In this document: positions 18,651-28,545 of the stretch, piece after piece | Numbering within the stretch: position 1 is the first letter of the stretch | Layout: each line of letters starts with the position of its first letter | Source of the DNA: an uncultured Thermoleophilia bacterium | GTDB lineage: Bacteria; Actinomycetota; Thermoleophilia; UBA2241 | Assembly (NCBI GenBank): GCA_903862845.1 | Contig: CAIOZS010000112.1 | Coordinates: 1-62,220 of the forward strand | Direction of reading: 5' to 3' | DNA: 62,220 nucleotides | Translations under genes and position numbers: made by a program | Notes under the pieces: model-generated | What the model was told of the DNA's origin: nothing | The model's input: only the letters and a program-made list of their open reading frames with translations | Database searches by the model: none

Positions 18651-20183
18651 CTACAGGCGGATGATCACCGGCATCCCGATGACCACTCGATCGAACAGAT
18701 CGACCGCGTCCCAGTTGTGCATGCGGATGCAGCCATGCGAAGCATAGGTGCCGATCGAGCCGTCTTCGCTCGGCGGGACGCCGTGGATGCCGACCCCCGA
18801 TGCGCTCGTACCCATCCAGCGGGTCCCGAGAGGGTTCTCTGTGCCGGGTGGGATAGGCGTTGCGTTCTTGGCCCAGTCGGAGTTGGGCGGCAGCCATGTG
18901 GGATCCTTGGTCATTGTGACGATCGAGTAGGTGCCGGTCGGCGTGGGGTAGGCAGGCTGCCCGGTCGCCACCTGGTAGCTCTTCACGAGCTTGCCGTCGC
19001 GGTAGAGGTAGAGGCGCAGGTCGCCGATGTCGACGACGATCTGGCCGCTGAGAGCGTTCAATACCATGGTGCCGACAAGGCCGTCGACGGTCATGCCGTT
19101 GTTGGCCTGGAACTTCTTCACCGCGGTGACCACGTGGTTGTCGTAGTCTCCGTTCTTGGGGCCGTCGAAAACGCCGGCGTCGGCGAGCTTCGTCTGCAAC
19201 GCTTTGACGTCCTTGCCACGGGCGCCCGGCCACATCATGGCGTTTCCGAAGTGCTCGGTGCTGTCGATGACGAACGTCTGCTTGTCGGTGACGACGTTGC
19301 CGCCCTTGTCGACGGCCGTGATGACCATCGTGTGCTTGCCTTGGGCGAGGTTCTTGACTGTGAACACGGCGTGCGAAGGCAAGCCCTGGTAGTCGCGCGC
19401 CTCGCCGTCGAGCACGAGCTTGAGCTTGGGTTCGCCGAGTTGGTCGCGGGCCTTGATGCGGATCTTTAGACCCGAGTGCCTGACGATCTTGCCCAGCTGT
19501 GTCGTCTTGAGCGTGGGGGGGATGGCATCGACGTAGACGCGCAGCCTCTTGGAGGTCGCGTTGCCGGCCCTGTCGGCGGTGGTGATGGTGACGTCCGAGG
19601 GCCCGTCGGGCAGGTTGGCGCTGACCGCGTACTTGCCGCTTGCGTCGGCCTGGCCGCTGGCCTTGACGCCGCCGCCCGAGACCGTGACCGTGGCGTACGG
19701 CTCGGTGCTGCCGCCGAAAGCCGCCGGCGAGGTGTTGATGCGGCCTTCGTCGGCCGAGCCGGAGAGCACGAGCCTGGGGATGCTGGTGTCGACGGTGAAA
19801 CGCCAGTCTTTGCGAACCTCGTGACGGAACAGATTGGCGCTGGTCGCGTTGAACGAGACCGAGTGGGAGCCGTCGGAGAGCTTGCCGGTGATGAAGGTGA
19901 GCTTGTCGCCGCTGCGCGCGGCCTTACCTGTGACGTCAGTGCCGTCGAACGTGACGCGAACGCTGCTCAGCTTTGAAAGGCCCTTGACGTTGAGCACGAC
20001 GGTGAGTGAGGGATTCTTGACGTACGAATCCGGGCCCGGCGTGACCGCCGAGACGCGAGGCACGGCGAGCACCTGCCAGCCGGCCAAAGCCACCAGCACG
20101 CAAACCGCCGCTACGACGTAGTACGGCCAGCGGCGGCGACGGCTGCGTTCGTGCCTGTATACTCTGTACGCGGGCTCCGGCAC
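18651..20183 (-). CDS. L,D-transpeptidase (YkuD domain) with Ig-like and peptidoglycan-binding domains
   Basis: N-terminal TM; AVKKFQANNGMTVDGLVG PG-binding motif; PTPTG, NPLGTRW, GIHG...SHGCIRM. Confidence 0.92.
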   Translation of the reverse strand: MPEPAYRVYRHERSRRRRWPYYVVAAVCVLVALAGWQVLAVPRVSAVTPGPDSYVKNPSLTVVLNVKGLSKLSSVRVTFDGTDVTGKAARSGDKLTFITGKLSDGSHSVSFNATSANLFRHEVRKDWRFTVDTSIPRLVLSGSADEGRINTSPAAFGGSTEPYATVTVSGGGVKASGQADASGKYAVSANLPDGPSDVTITTADRAGNATSKRLRVYVDAIPPTLKTTQLGKIVRHSGLKIRIKARDQLGEPKLKLVLDGEARDYQGLPSHAVFTVKNLAQGKHTMVITAVDKGGNVVTDKQTFVIDSTEHFGNAMMWPGARGKDVKALQTKLADAGVFDGPKNGDYDNHVVTAVKKFQANNGMTVDGLVGTMVLNALSGQIVVDIGDLRLYLYRDGKLVKSYQVATGQPAYPTPTGTYSIVTMTKDPTWLPPNSDWAKNATPIPPGTENPLGTRWMGTSASGVGIHGVPPSEDGSIGTYASHGCIRMHNWDAVDLFDRVVIGMPVIIRL

Positions 20184-20329
20184 TGCTCCTCTTCCAAGAC
20201 GATATCGCTCCGATTATACCTCGGCTATCGGCATTCTCCTCGTTAAGCTGCAGTTACGCACCGGAACATCCGTCGGGCGGGCATGGCGCGTGCGGCAGGA
20301 AAAGCCCGCGGCGCGCCTAATCCCGCCTC

Positions 20330-21100
20330 ATGGACCGCTCCCTCGAAGAGCTGCTCGCCGAGGTCGCCGCCGGCCGCCTGGCCGCGGCCGACGCGGTCGA
20401 CCGCCTGCGGCGGTTCGGCTATTCCGCCGTCGGCGACTACGCGCGGCTCGATGTCTCGCGGGCGGCCCGCAAGGGCGTGCCCGAGGTCGTGTACGCTGAG
20501 GGCAAGAGCACCGAGCAGCTTCTCGGCATCGTGGCGCGCTTTCTCGATCACAGCCCTCTGGTGCTCTGCAGCCGCGTCAGCGCCGAGCAAGCCGCGGCGC
20601 TCGCCGACGGCGTGCCGGGGGCGGTAGATCACGACGAGCGCAGCCGCGTGGTCGTGGTCCGGCGCCCGGGCGTGCCGCCCGTGGCAGAGCGCGGCGCCGT
20701 CGGCGTCCTCGCCGCCGGTACGAGCGATCTCGGCGTCGCCGGCGAGGCGGTCGCCATGTGCCGCGCCATGGGCGTCGCCGTCGTGAGCGCCTTCGACGTG
20801 GGCGTGGCCGGGCTGCACCGTCTTGCCACGCCCCTCGACGAGATGCGTGCCGCCGGCGTGGCGGCCATCGTGGTCGCCGCCGGGATGGAGGGCGCCCTGC
20901 CGTCGGTGGTCGCCGGCCTCGTCGAGGTGCCCGTGATCGGCCTGCCGACCTCCACCGGCTACGGTCTCGGCGGTCGAGGGGAAGCCGCGTTGCTCGGCAT
21001 GCTGCAGAGCTGCAGCCCCGGCCTCGTGGTCGTCAACATCGACAACGGCATCGGCGCCGGCGCGACGGCGGCGCTCATCGCCCGCCGCGCTGCCTCGTGA
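20330..21100 (+). CDS. larB: Nickel-pincer cofactor biosynthesis protein LarB (PurE-like fold)
   Basis: GVPEVVYAEGK, AGTSD, DVGVAGLHRL, AGMEGALPSVV, PTSTGYG, SCSPG, VNIDNG. Confidence 0.9.
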   Translation: MDRSLEELLAEVAAGRLAAADAVDRLRRFGYSAVGDYARLDVSRAARKGVPEVVYAEGKSTEQLLGIVARFLDHSPLVLCSRVSAEQAAALADGVPGAVDHDERSRVVVVRRPGVPPVAERGAVGVLAAGTSDLGVAGEAVAMCRAMGVAVVSAFDVGVAGLHRLATPLDEMRAAGVAAIVVAAGMEGALPSVVAGLVEVPVIGLPTSTGYGLGGRGEAALLGMLQSCSPGLVVVNIDNGIGAGATAALIARRAAS

Positions 21101-21525
21101 AGACGCTCCCCCTCATCCTCCGCGACCATCGCGAGGAGCTGTGGCGGCGCTGGGCGGATGCGCTCGTGGACGTGGTGGGCTCCGACTACCGCGAGCTCGT
21201 GGCCAGCCAGCTCGGCGAGCGCATGCTGCGCACCCTGGTCGACGATCTCATCGCCTTCACGGAGGCAGAACAATACGAGCAGCCGCGCCTAATGAGGACT
21301 GTCGAGGAGCACACGACGGCCGAGGCGCGGCACAGGTGGTCAATGGGCTTCACGGTGCTCGACGCGGTGCTCAGCATCCACGTCTTGCGCGGCGCGATCA
21401 GCGACACCCTCGTCGACGCGCTCGTGCTCGACGAGATGCCGGCCTTCGCGGACACTCTAGACCAGCTGAAGGTCCTGAACGCCTTTCTCGACCGTCTGGT
21501 GGCCGCCACGGTAATCGCCGCGTAA
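21097..21525 (+). CDS. Small helical protein, RsbRD_N/globin-like
   Basis: GTGA overlap with larB; LRDHREELWRRW...HRWSMGFTVLDAV pattern. Confidence 0.6.
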   Translation: MKTLPLILRDHREELWRRWADALVDVVGSDYRELVASQLGERMLRTLVDDLIAFTEAEQYEQPRLMRTVEEHTTAEARHRWSMGFTVLDAVLSIHVLRGAISDTLVDALVLDEMPAFADTLDQLKVLNAFLDRLVAATVIAA

Positions 21526-21603
21526 GCCGCCGCAGCGCCGCGGCCCATCCGGCGCCGGCCGACGGACTTGCACCCTTAATGGGCCGTAGTTAGGCTAGCC
21601 GCC

Positions 21604-22671
21604 ATGCTGCAGCTGGCGCTGATCTTCGGCGGGCGTTCCGCCGAACACGAGATCTCCCTTGCTTCCGCGCGCTTCGTCGCGGCGATGCTCGACCGCGAAA
21701 AGTGCGACGTCATCCCTGTCGGCATCGCCCGGGACGGACGCTGGCTCCAGCCGACCGATCTCGAGGCGGCGCTTCGCGACGGGCTGGACGCCACGCCCGC
21801 CCAGGCGGCGCACCTGGTGGTCGATCCCGCCGGCCCCGGGCTTCAGCTCGCGGACGGCTCATTCCAGCCCCTCGACTTCGCCTTCCCGATCATGCACGGC
21901 ACGTTCGCCGAAGATGGCACCATCCAGGGTCTGCTCGAGATGGCCGGCCTGGCCTACGCCGGGTCCGGCGTCGTGGGCAGCGCCGTGGGGATGGACAAGG
22001 AGCTGATGAAGGACGTCTTCGCGGCTCGCGGCCTGCCGCAGGTGGAGTACCTCGTGCTGCGAGACGCGGCCGCCCGCGGCGCTGCCGCGGTGGCGGCCGT
22101 CGAGCAGCGCCTGCCGTATCCGGTCTTCGTCAAACCGGTCAACCTAGGCTCGAGCGTGGGCATGACCAAGGCGCACGACCACGCCGAGCTCGGAGCCGCT
22201 CTCGAGCTGGCCGCCTCCTACGACCGCAAGGTCATCGTCGAGGCGTCGTCGCCCGGTCGCGAGATCGAGTGCGCGGTGCTCGGCAACGAGGACGCGCGCG
22301 CCTCGGTGGCCGGGGAGGTCATTCCCGCCAACGAGTACTACGACTACGAGGCCAAGTACACGGAGGGAATGATGTCCTTCGTGATCCCAGCCGATATCGG
22401 CGCCGGCAAACAGGCCGAGGTCGGCGAGCTGGCAGTCGCCGCCTTCGCGGCGCTCGACTGCAGCGGCTTCGCGCGCTGCGACTTCTTCCTCGAGGACGAC
22501 GGCCGCGTGCTCGTCAACGAGATCAACACGATTCCCGGCATGACGGCCATGAGTGGGTTCCCGCGTCTGTGGGCCGCCACGGGCGTGGACGGTCGCGCGC
22601 TGGTCGATGAGATCGTGCAGCTCGGTCTGCGGCGGCAGGCCGCGCGCGGGTCGGTGCGCACCGACCACTGA
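21604..22671 (+). CDS. ddl: D-alanine--D-alanine ligase
   Basis: FGGRSAEHEIS, HGTFAEDGTIQG, GSSVG, YYDYEAKY (Tyr omega loop), NEINTIPG. Confidence 0.96.
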   Translation: MLQLALIFGGRSAEHEISLASARFVAAMLDREKCDVIPVGIARDGRWLQPTDLEAALRDGLDATPAQAAHLVVDPAGPGLQLADGSFQPLDFAFPIMHGTFAEDGTIQGLLEMAGLAYAGSGVVGSAVGMDKELMKDVFAARGLPQVEYLVLRDAAARGAAAVAAVEQRLPYPVFVKPVNLGSSVGMTKAHDHAELGAALELAASYDRKVIVEASSPGREIECAVLGNEDARASVAGEVIPANEYYDYEAKYTEGMMSFVIPADIGAGKQAEVGELAVAAFAALDCSGFARCDFFLEDDGRVLVNEINTIPGMTAMSGFPRLWAATGVDGRALVDEIVQLGLRRQAARGSVRTDH

Positions 22672-22762
22672 GGCGCGCGCGCCGCGCGCGCGAGTCGGGC
22701 ACGTTGCCGATCAGCGTGCGGAGTGCTTGGCGGCGCCCCTCACGCAGGCCAGACTGCGCCGG

Positions 22763-23170
22763 TCAATCCGCCGTGCCCGTGCCGGTGGGGTTGGTCATCT
22801 CGTTGACCCACTTCTTCAGGCCGACGTAGCGCAGGAGCTTGAACACGTAGGTGTCGGCGTGGGCCTTGGCTTCCACCGTGAACACGGTAGCGCCGTCGGG
22901 GCTGGTGCTCGAGGAGAAGGCCACGAGCTTCTCGTTCGCCTGGATGAGGTACTGCTTCGCCGCGAGCTTGGCGGCGGCGAGGTCGAGCGTCAAGGCGTAC
23001 TCCGTCTGTGCCTGCGTGGCCGCCGTCGCGGCGTCTGCCTTTACCGACTGGTGGACGTTGAAGAGGGCGAGCCCGTCGAGCACGACGACGGCGAAGATCG
23101 CCAGACCCAGGACGAGCCACAGGACCTCGCGAATGAAGCCGTCCTGCCGGCGCAGACGTGCGCTGTTCAT
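22763..23170 (-). CDS. Tad/prepilin-like single-TM protein
   Basis: RBS AAGGAGG; basic leader RRQDG|F followed by a hydrophobic helix. Confidence 0.55.
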   Translation of the reverse strand: MNSARLRRQDGFIREVLWLVLGLAIFAVVVLDGLALFNVHQSVKADAATAATQAQTEYALTLDLAAAKLAAKQYLIQANEKLVAFSSSTSPDGATVFTVEAKAHADTYVFKLLRYVGLKKWVNEMTNPTGTGTAD

Positions 23171-23230
23171 CGCGCTGCCTCCTTGCCTGTCTTCGCTCGT
23201 CGCCGCCGCGGGGGCCGGCCGCCTTCGTCG

Positions 23231-24556
23231 CTAGTGTACTCCAGGATCGCCCTCGAGCCGGATGCAGAGCAGCGCGAGGTCGTCGCCCGGCGGCCGGGCG
23301 GAGAAGGCCTCCCCGGCGGCCATAAGGCGCGCCACGATGTCGGCCGCCGGCACATCGTGGCACGCCGCCAGCAGGCCGCCCATCCGGTCCTCAAAGAACC
23401 GCCCGCTCGCGTCGCGCAACTCCGCGATGCCGTCGGTGAAGAGGACAACGACGTCGCCGCGCGTGAGCTCGATGGTCTCCGTGGGGTAGGGTGCAAGTGC
23501 CGCGCCCAGCTCCACGCCGATGGCGGGCTCGGTGAGCAGCAGTGGCCGCTCGACGCCGGTTTTGCGCACGATGAAGGGCGTGGGGTGCCCGGCGCTGGCG
23601 AGCTGTAGCAGACCCCGGCGCGTGCGGAGCAGCCCGAACAACACCGTGACGAAGCGCTCGGAGCCGGGGCCGAAATCGGGCTGCTCGAGCAGGCCCGTGC
23701 GCAGCTCCTGGAGCGCCTCGCCGGGGCTCGTCGGCCACGAGAGCTGGCCGCCGTGCACCGCGGCCCGCAGCATGTACTTGGTGACGAACGTCACGGCCAT
23801 CGCCTCGACGCCCTTGCCGGCCACATCGCCGATGGCGAACGCGAGAACGCCCGGGGAGCGACTGTAATAGTCGACGAAGTCGCCGCCGCTGAGCACGCCG
23901 GCGCTGGCCGAGCGGTACAAGAAGGCGATGTCGAGACCCTCCAGGTCCGGCGGCTCCTGAGGCAACAGGCGCCGCTGCAGACGCTCGGCGATGTCGGCGC
24001 GCGCTTCGCAGTCCGCGGCGAGGCGTCCGTCGCGGATGGTGCGGCGCAGGCGTAGCGACACCATCTCGCCGAGCGCAGCGAGCAGCCGCACGTCGCGCCC
24101 CGTGAAGTCATCGTCCCGGTCGCCCACGGCGAGGAAGCCCCGCGGAGCACCTTCAGCGCCGGGCAGCGGCACGCACGCAAAGCGCTCCATCCCGGGGACG
24201 CCGCTGATGCCGGGGGCGTTCTCCCTCGCGCCCGAGTCTCCGGCGTCCAGCACCGGCCTCGCCGTGCGACAGACGACGCCGGGCGCGCCCTCGCCGGCAG
24301 CCCAGCGGCCGGGCGCGCGCGTCCAGCCTGAGCCGACCTCGTAGCGGGCCTCGCTGGTCGCCGCCACGCCGTCGAAGAGACCGGCCACCCCGCGGCGAGA
24401 GCCGCTGGCGCGGCAGGCCGCCTCCACGGCGGCGCGCAGCACGTCGGTTTCGCTGCGGGCTTCCATAAGGGCCGCAACGTCGCCGAGCAGCTCGAGGCGC
24501 GCGTCGCGGTCCTGCCCGCCGGAAGCGCGGCGACCGTGGTCGCTCGCCGCCGGCAC
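23231..24556 (-). CDS. GAF + SpoIIE/PP2C (RsbU-like) phosphatase
   Basis: LQRRLLP, SGGDFVD, IGDVAGKG, SAGHP, FTDGIAE, DDLALL; start approximate. Confidence 0.9.
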   Translation of the reverse strand: MPAASDHGRRASGGQDRDARLELLGDVAALMEARSETDVLRAAVEAACRASGSRRGVAGLFDGVAATSEARYEVGSGWTRAPGRWAAGEGAPGVVCRTARPVLDAGDSGARENAPGISGVPGMERFACVPLPGAEGAPRGFLAVGDRDDDFTGRDVRLLAALGEMVSLRLRRTIRDGRLAADCEARADIAERLQRRLLPQEPPDLEGLDIAFLYRSASAGVLSGGDFVDYYSRSPGVLAFAIGDVAGKGVEAMAVTFVTKYMLRAAVHGGQLSWPTSPGEALQELRTGLLEQPDFGPGSERFVTVLFGLLRTRRGLLQLASAGHPTPFIVRKTGVERPLLLTEPAIGVELGAALAPYPTETIELTRGDVVVLFTDGIAELRDASGRFFEDRMGGLLAACHDVPAADIVARLMAAGEAFSARPPGDDLALLCIRLEGDPGVH

Positions 24557-24557
24557 C

Positions 24558-25100
24558 CTAGCGACCCCGCGAGGCCAGGAGGAACAGCGCGATCGCCTGG
24601 ACGCCGAGGGCGAGCAGCGCGATGCCCATGGCGACGTCGAGGCGCACGCCCACGACGAAGACGACGAAGACGAGGGCCGCCGCCCACAGAAGAGCGCCGG
24701 GGGCGACGCGCAAGAAGAGGCGTCGCCGAAAACCGAGCCATGCGAGGCGGCGGCGCATGCCCGAGCCGCGGGCATCGTCGTCGAGATAGCTGGAACCACG
24801 GGCGTGGAGCGCCGTGGTCAGCTCGCTGCCATCGCTTGCGTACAGGCGGGCCTGAAGCGGCAGTCCGGCCTGCTGCCGCAGCACGGCGTCCTGGGCGCGG
24901 GCGAAGTACTCGACCAGAGAGAGAAAGCGGTCGTCGGCCGAGAGCTTGTGGCTCTCCAGCCGCACCTCGAGGTAGAGGCGGTCCTCGGCCGGGTCGAACT
25001 TGATCTCCGAGCGCCACCCGCGGCGGTTGAAGAACGTGCCGAGAAAGCGGTCGAGGTCGGCCGGGATGCTCTCGACGTCTGGTCGCTTCGCGATGCTCAT
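24558..25100 (-). CDS. Hypothetical membrane protein (two C-terminal TMs)
   Basis: Coding-like ORF abutting the phosphatase gene; hydrophobic C-terminus. Confidence 0.7.
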   Translation of the reverse strand: MSIAKRPDVESIPADLDRFLGTFFNRRGWRSEIKFDPAEDRLYLEVRLESHKLSADDRFLSLVEYFARAQDAVLRQQAGLPLQARLYASDGSELTTALHARGSSYLDDDARGSGMRRRLAWLGFRRRLFLRVAPGALLWAAALVFVVFVVGVRLDVAMGIALLALGVQAIALFLLASRGR

Positions 25101-25465
25101 CCTTAGATTGTACCCGTCGCCTCCCGTCATCGGCAGCCACGCCACCGGGTGAGGCAGCGCGACGGCGCGACCGGCAGCCCCTGCGAGCAGCCCGCTGGAG
25201 CAACAAAGGAGCCCGCAGGAGCGATCCACCGGGTTCTTCTGAGAGCCTCATTGTGGGGTCAACGGTCTCTACGAGGCTCTCCGGCGAGGGCCGCAAACTG
25301 GGCTCTGCCGGCAAGGACCACCGGGGAGGGACCGCATGGCGACGCCGTAGTTACCTGATATGCAGGACAATCGCGGTGGCGCATCGGCGCCCCCGATACG
25401 ATAGAATGCCGTATCCGACGGGGCGGGCACGCGCCGCTCGATCCAGCCGACCACAGGAGTCCTTC

Positions 25466-26731
25466 GTGAAGATCGCAGTCATCGGCCTCGGCTACGTCGG
25501 TCTGCCGCTGGCCACGGTGTTCGCCGAGGCCGGCATCGAAGTCATCGGCGTCGAGGCCGTCGCCGAGCGCTGCCACCAGATCAACGCCGGCCACAGCTAC
25601 ATCCAGGACGTCACCAGCGAGGCCCTCGGAAAGATCGTCGAGAAGGGCCTCATCCGCGCCACCACCGACTACGCCGCCACCGAGGACTGCGACGCCGTCA
25701 TCATCTGTCTGCCAACGCCGCTGAACGCGAATCGCGAGCCCGACCTCACGCTGGTCAAGGACGCCACCGAGAAGCTGGCCGGGCACCTGCGGCGCGGCCA
25801 GCTCGTCACCCTCGAGAGCACGACGTATCCAGGCACGACGCGCGAGGTGCTCGCGCCCCTCCTCGCAGCCGGTTCAGGCATGGTCGCCGGCGTCGACTTC
25901 CATCTCGCGTTCTCTCCCGAGCGCGTCGACCCAGGTCGCACCGACTACACCACCAAGACCACGCCCAAGGTCGTCGGCGGTCTCACCCCTGCCTGCACCG
26001 CGCGAGCGCTTGAGGTCTACGGCGCCGTGATCGACCACGTCGTGCCGGTGAACACGCCTGAGGTCGCGGAGATGACCAAGCTGCTCGAGAACATCTTCCG
26101 CAGCGTGAACATCGCCCTCATGAACGAGCTGGCCATGCTCTGCGACCGGATGAACATCGACGTGTGGGAAGTCATCGACGCGGCCGCCACCAAGCCGTTC
26201 GGCTTCATGAAGTTTCAGCCCGGCCCCGGCCTCGGCGGTCACTGCATCCCCATCGACCCCTTCTACCTCAGCTGGAAGGCCCGCGAGTTCGACTTCTGGA
26301 CGGAGTTCATCGAGCTCGCCGGCAAGGTTAACGAGAACATGCCGTACTTCTGCGTCGAGAAGCTCCACCGCGCACTCAACACGCGTCAGAAGAGCCTGAA
26401 CGGCGCCCGGCTCCTGGTGCTCGGGGTCGCCTACAAGGCCGACATCGACGACCTCCGCGAGTCACCGGCGCTCAAGGTCATCCGCCTGCTGCGCGCCCAC
26501 GGCGCCGACGTGGACTACCACGATCCGTACTGCGCCGAGCTGCCCGAGCTCGACCTCAAGTCGGTCGATCTCGAGGAGTATCGGCGCATCGCCGGCTACG
26601 ACGCCGTGGTCATCGTCACGGCGCATTCGGCGCTCGACTACCGCATCATCGTGCAGGAGGCCGACCTGGTGGTCGACTTCCGCAACGCCACGGCCGGCAT
26701 CCCCAGCGCCGGCAACGTCTGGAAACTCTGA
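25466..26731 (+). CDS. Nucleotide-sugar dehydrogenase (UDP-GlcNAc 6-dehydrogenase, WbpA/WecC-like)
   Basis: RBS AGGAG before GTG 25466; IGLGYVG, ESTTYPGTT, SPERVDPG, GGHCIPIDP. Confidence 0.92.
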   Translation: MKIAVIGLGYVGLPLATVFAEAGIEVIGVEAVAERCHQINAGHSYIQDVTSEALGKIVEKGLIRATTDYAATEDCDAVIICLPTPLNANREPDLTLVKDATEKLAGHLRRGQLVTLESTTYPGTTREVLAPLLAAGSGMVAGVDFHLAFSPERVDPGRTDYTTKTTPKVVGGLTPACTARALEVYGAVIDHVVPVNTPEVAEMTKLLENIFRSVNIALMNELAMLCDRMNIDVWEVIDAAATKPFGFMKFQPGPGLGGHCIPIDPFYLSWKAREFDFWTEFIELAGKVNENMPYFCVEKLHRALNTRQKSLNGARLLVLGVAYKADIDDLRESPALKVIRLLRAHGADVDYHDPYCAELPELDLKSVDLEEYRRIAGYDAVVIVTAHSALDYRIIVQEADLVVDFRNATAGIPSAGNVWKL

Positions 26732-26746
26732 GAGGGAGAAACACCC

Positions 26747-27778
26747 GTGACTGCTGACAAGGTCCGCGTCGGCGTGGTCGGGCTCGGCTACTGGGGCCCC
26801 AACCTCGCGCGCAACTTCGACCGACTGCCCGGCGCCGAGCTCGCCTACTGCTGCGACCTGGACGAGGAGAACCTCGCCAAAGCACGCAGCCTGTACCCGA
26901 ACGCCGTCGTCACCGACGACTTCGCCCGCCTGCTCGGTGACGACACGCTCGACGCGATCGTCGTGGCCACGTCCGTGCCCACGCACTACCCGCTCGGTAA
27001 GAAGGCGCTCGAGGCCGGCAAACACACGTTTATCGAGAAGCCCATCGCGCTCAAGGCGGCCGACGCCGAGGACCTGCTGGCCACGGCCGAAGCCAAGGGC
27101 GTCAAGCTCATGGTGGGCCATTTGCTCGAGTACCATCCCGCGGTGCGCAAGCTCAAGGAGCTCGTCGACGACGGCAGCCTCGGCAAGGTCTACTACGTCT
27201 ACGCGAACCGGCTCAACCTGGGCAAGGTGCGCACCGACGAGAACGCTCTCTGGAGCTTCGCCCCCCACGACATCTCGGTGCTCAACTTCCTCATCGGCGA
27301 GGAGCCAGAAGAGGTCAGCGCCCGCGGCGAGTGCTACCTGCAGGACGGCGTCGAGGACGTGGTGTTCGGCTACATCAAGTACCCCAGCGGCGTCGTCGGG
27401 CACCTGCACGTGAGCTGGCTCGATCCGCACAAGAGCCGCAAGATCACCGTGGTGGGCAGCGAGAAGATGGTCGTCTTCGACGACATGGAGGCCGACCGCA
27501 AGGTCACGGTCTACGACAAGGGCGCTACCACGACGCGCACCAAGTTCGACTCGTACGGCGAGTTCGTCACGCTGCACTTCGGCGACATCCACATCCCCCG
27601 GATCGGCAACGAAGAGCCGCTGCGCGTCGAGGCCCAGCACTTCGTGGACTGCATCGCCAACGACGAGCCGGTGCTCAGCGACGGCCGCGACGCGCTCAAC
27701 GTGGTGCGCGTGCTCGACGCCATGGAGCGCAGCCTGCGCAACGGTGGGCAGCCGGTCAAGACGTCCGACCTCAGCTGA
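26747..27778 (+). CDS. Gfo/Idh/MocA oxidoreductase (WbpB/GnnA-like)
   Basis: GLGYWG, GKHTFIEKP, APHD motifs; position in the sugar cluster. Confidence 0.88.
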   Translation: MTADKVRVGVVGLGYWGPNLARNFDRLPGAELAYCCDLDEENLAKARSLYPNAVVTDDFARLLGDDTLDAIVVATSVPTHYPLGKKALEAGKHTFIEKPIALKAADAEDLLATAEAKGVKLMVGHLLEYHPAVRKLKELVDDGSLGKVYYVYANRLNLGKVRTDENALWSFAPHDISVLNFLIGEEPEEVSARGECYLQDGVEDVVFGYIKYPSGVVGHLHVSWLDPHKSRKITVVGSEKMVVFDDMEADRKVTVYDKGATTTRTKFDSYGEFVTLHFGDIHIPRIGNEEPLRVEAQHFVDCIANDEPVLSDGRDALNVVRVLDAMERSLRNGGQPVKTSDLS

Positions 27779-27789
27779 GGCAAGCGGCG

Positions 27790-28503
27790 ATGACGCTCAG
27801 ACCAGCCGAGGCCGGGCACAACCTCCTGCTCGGCGAGAACGTGCAGATCGGCGGGGACGTCGTGTTCGGCGCCAACGTCGTGGTATACGACGACACGGTG
27901 ATCGGCGACGGCTGCTTCATCCAGGACAACGTCGTCCTCGGCAAGGTCCCGTCGCTCTCGCCGACGAGCACCGCCAAGCGCGGCGAGCTACCCGGGCTGG
28001 TACTCGGCGCCGGCTGCGTCATCAGTACCGGCGCCGTGGTCTATCGCGGCACAGCGCTCGGCGCCGGCTGCATCCTCGGCGACTACGCCGGGGTGCGCGA
28101 GCGCTGCAGGCTCGGCGCGAAGGTCGTCGTGGGCCGCGGCAGCGTCGTTGAGAACGACACCACCATCGGCGACGGCACCAAGATCCAGACCAACGTGTAC
28201 ATCACCGCGTACATGACGATCGAGGACCGCTGCTTCATCGCGCCGTGCGTGCAGACCACCAACGACAACTTCATGGGCCGCACCGAGAAGCGCCACAAGC
28301 TCATCAGAGGCGCGACCATCCGCCGCGGCGCCCGCATCGGTGGCGGCGTCGTTCTGTGCCCCGGCATCGAAATCGGCGCCGAGGCCTTCATCGCGGCCGG
28401 CGCCGTTGTCACCAAGGATGTACCGGCCGGCAAGGTCCTCATGGGCGTGCCGGCGCGCGTCGTCCGCGACGTCTACGAGGACGAGCTGCTCGAGAACCAG
28501 TGA
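27790..28503 (+). CDS. Hexapeptide-repeat N-acetyltransferase (WbpD-like)
   Basis: Left-handed beta-helix repeats; TKIQTNV, TTND, GAVVTKDVP, GVPAR. Confidence 0.88.
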   Translation: MTLRPAEAGHNLLLGENVQIGGDVVFGANVVVYDDTVIGDGCFIQDNVVLGKVPSLSPTSTAKRGELPGLVLGAGCVISTGAVVYRGTALGAGCILGDYAGVRERCRLGAKVVVGRGSVVENDTTIGDGTKIQTNVYITAYMTIEDRCFIAPCVQTTNDNFMGRTEKRHKLIRGATIRRGARIGGGVVLCPGIEIGAEAFIAAGAVVTKDVPAGKVLMGVPARVVRDVYEDELLENQ

Positions 28504-28545
28504 GCGGCTGAGGCGGGCGGCGGCTGGGCCCTGCGCGCCCGCCGG

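Noticed and set aside
21604-22671. Van-type D-Ala-D-Lac ligase
   Set aside because: The omega loop YYDYEAKY has the Tyr of D-Ala-D-Ala ligases, and no van genes are adjacent
22763-24556. Amber read-through fusion of the SpoIIE phosphatase to the Tad-like protein (TAG at 23231 is in frame with ATG 23170, with no stop between)
   Set aside because: One-in-three chance, low-complexity linker, and the downstream gene has its own strong RBS
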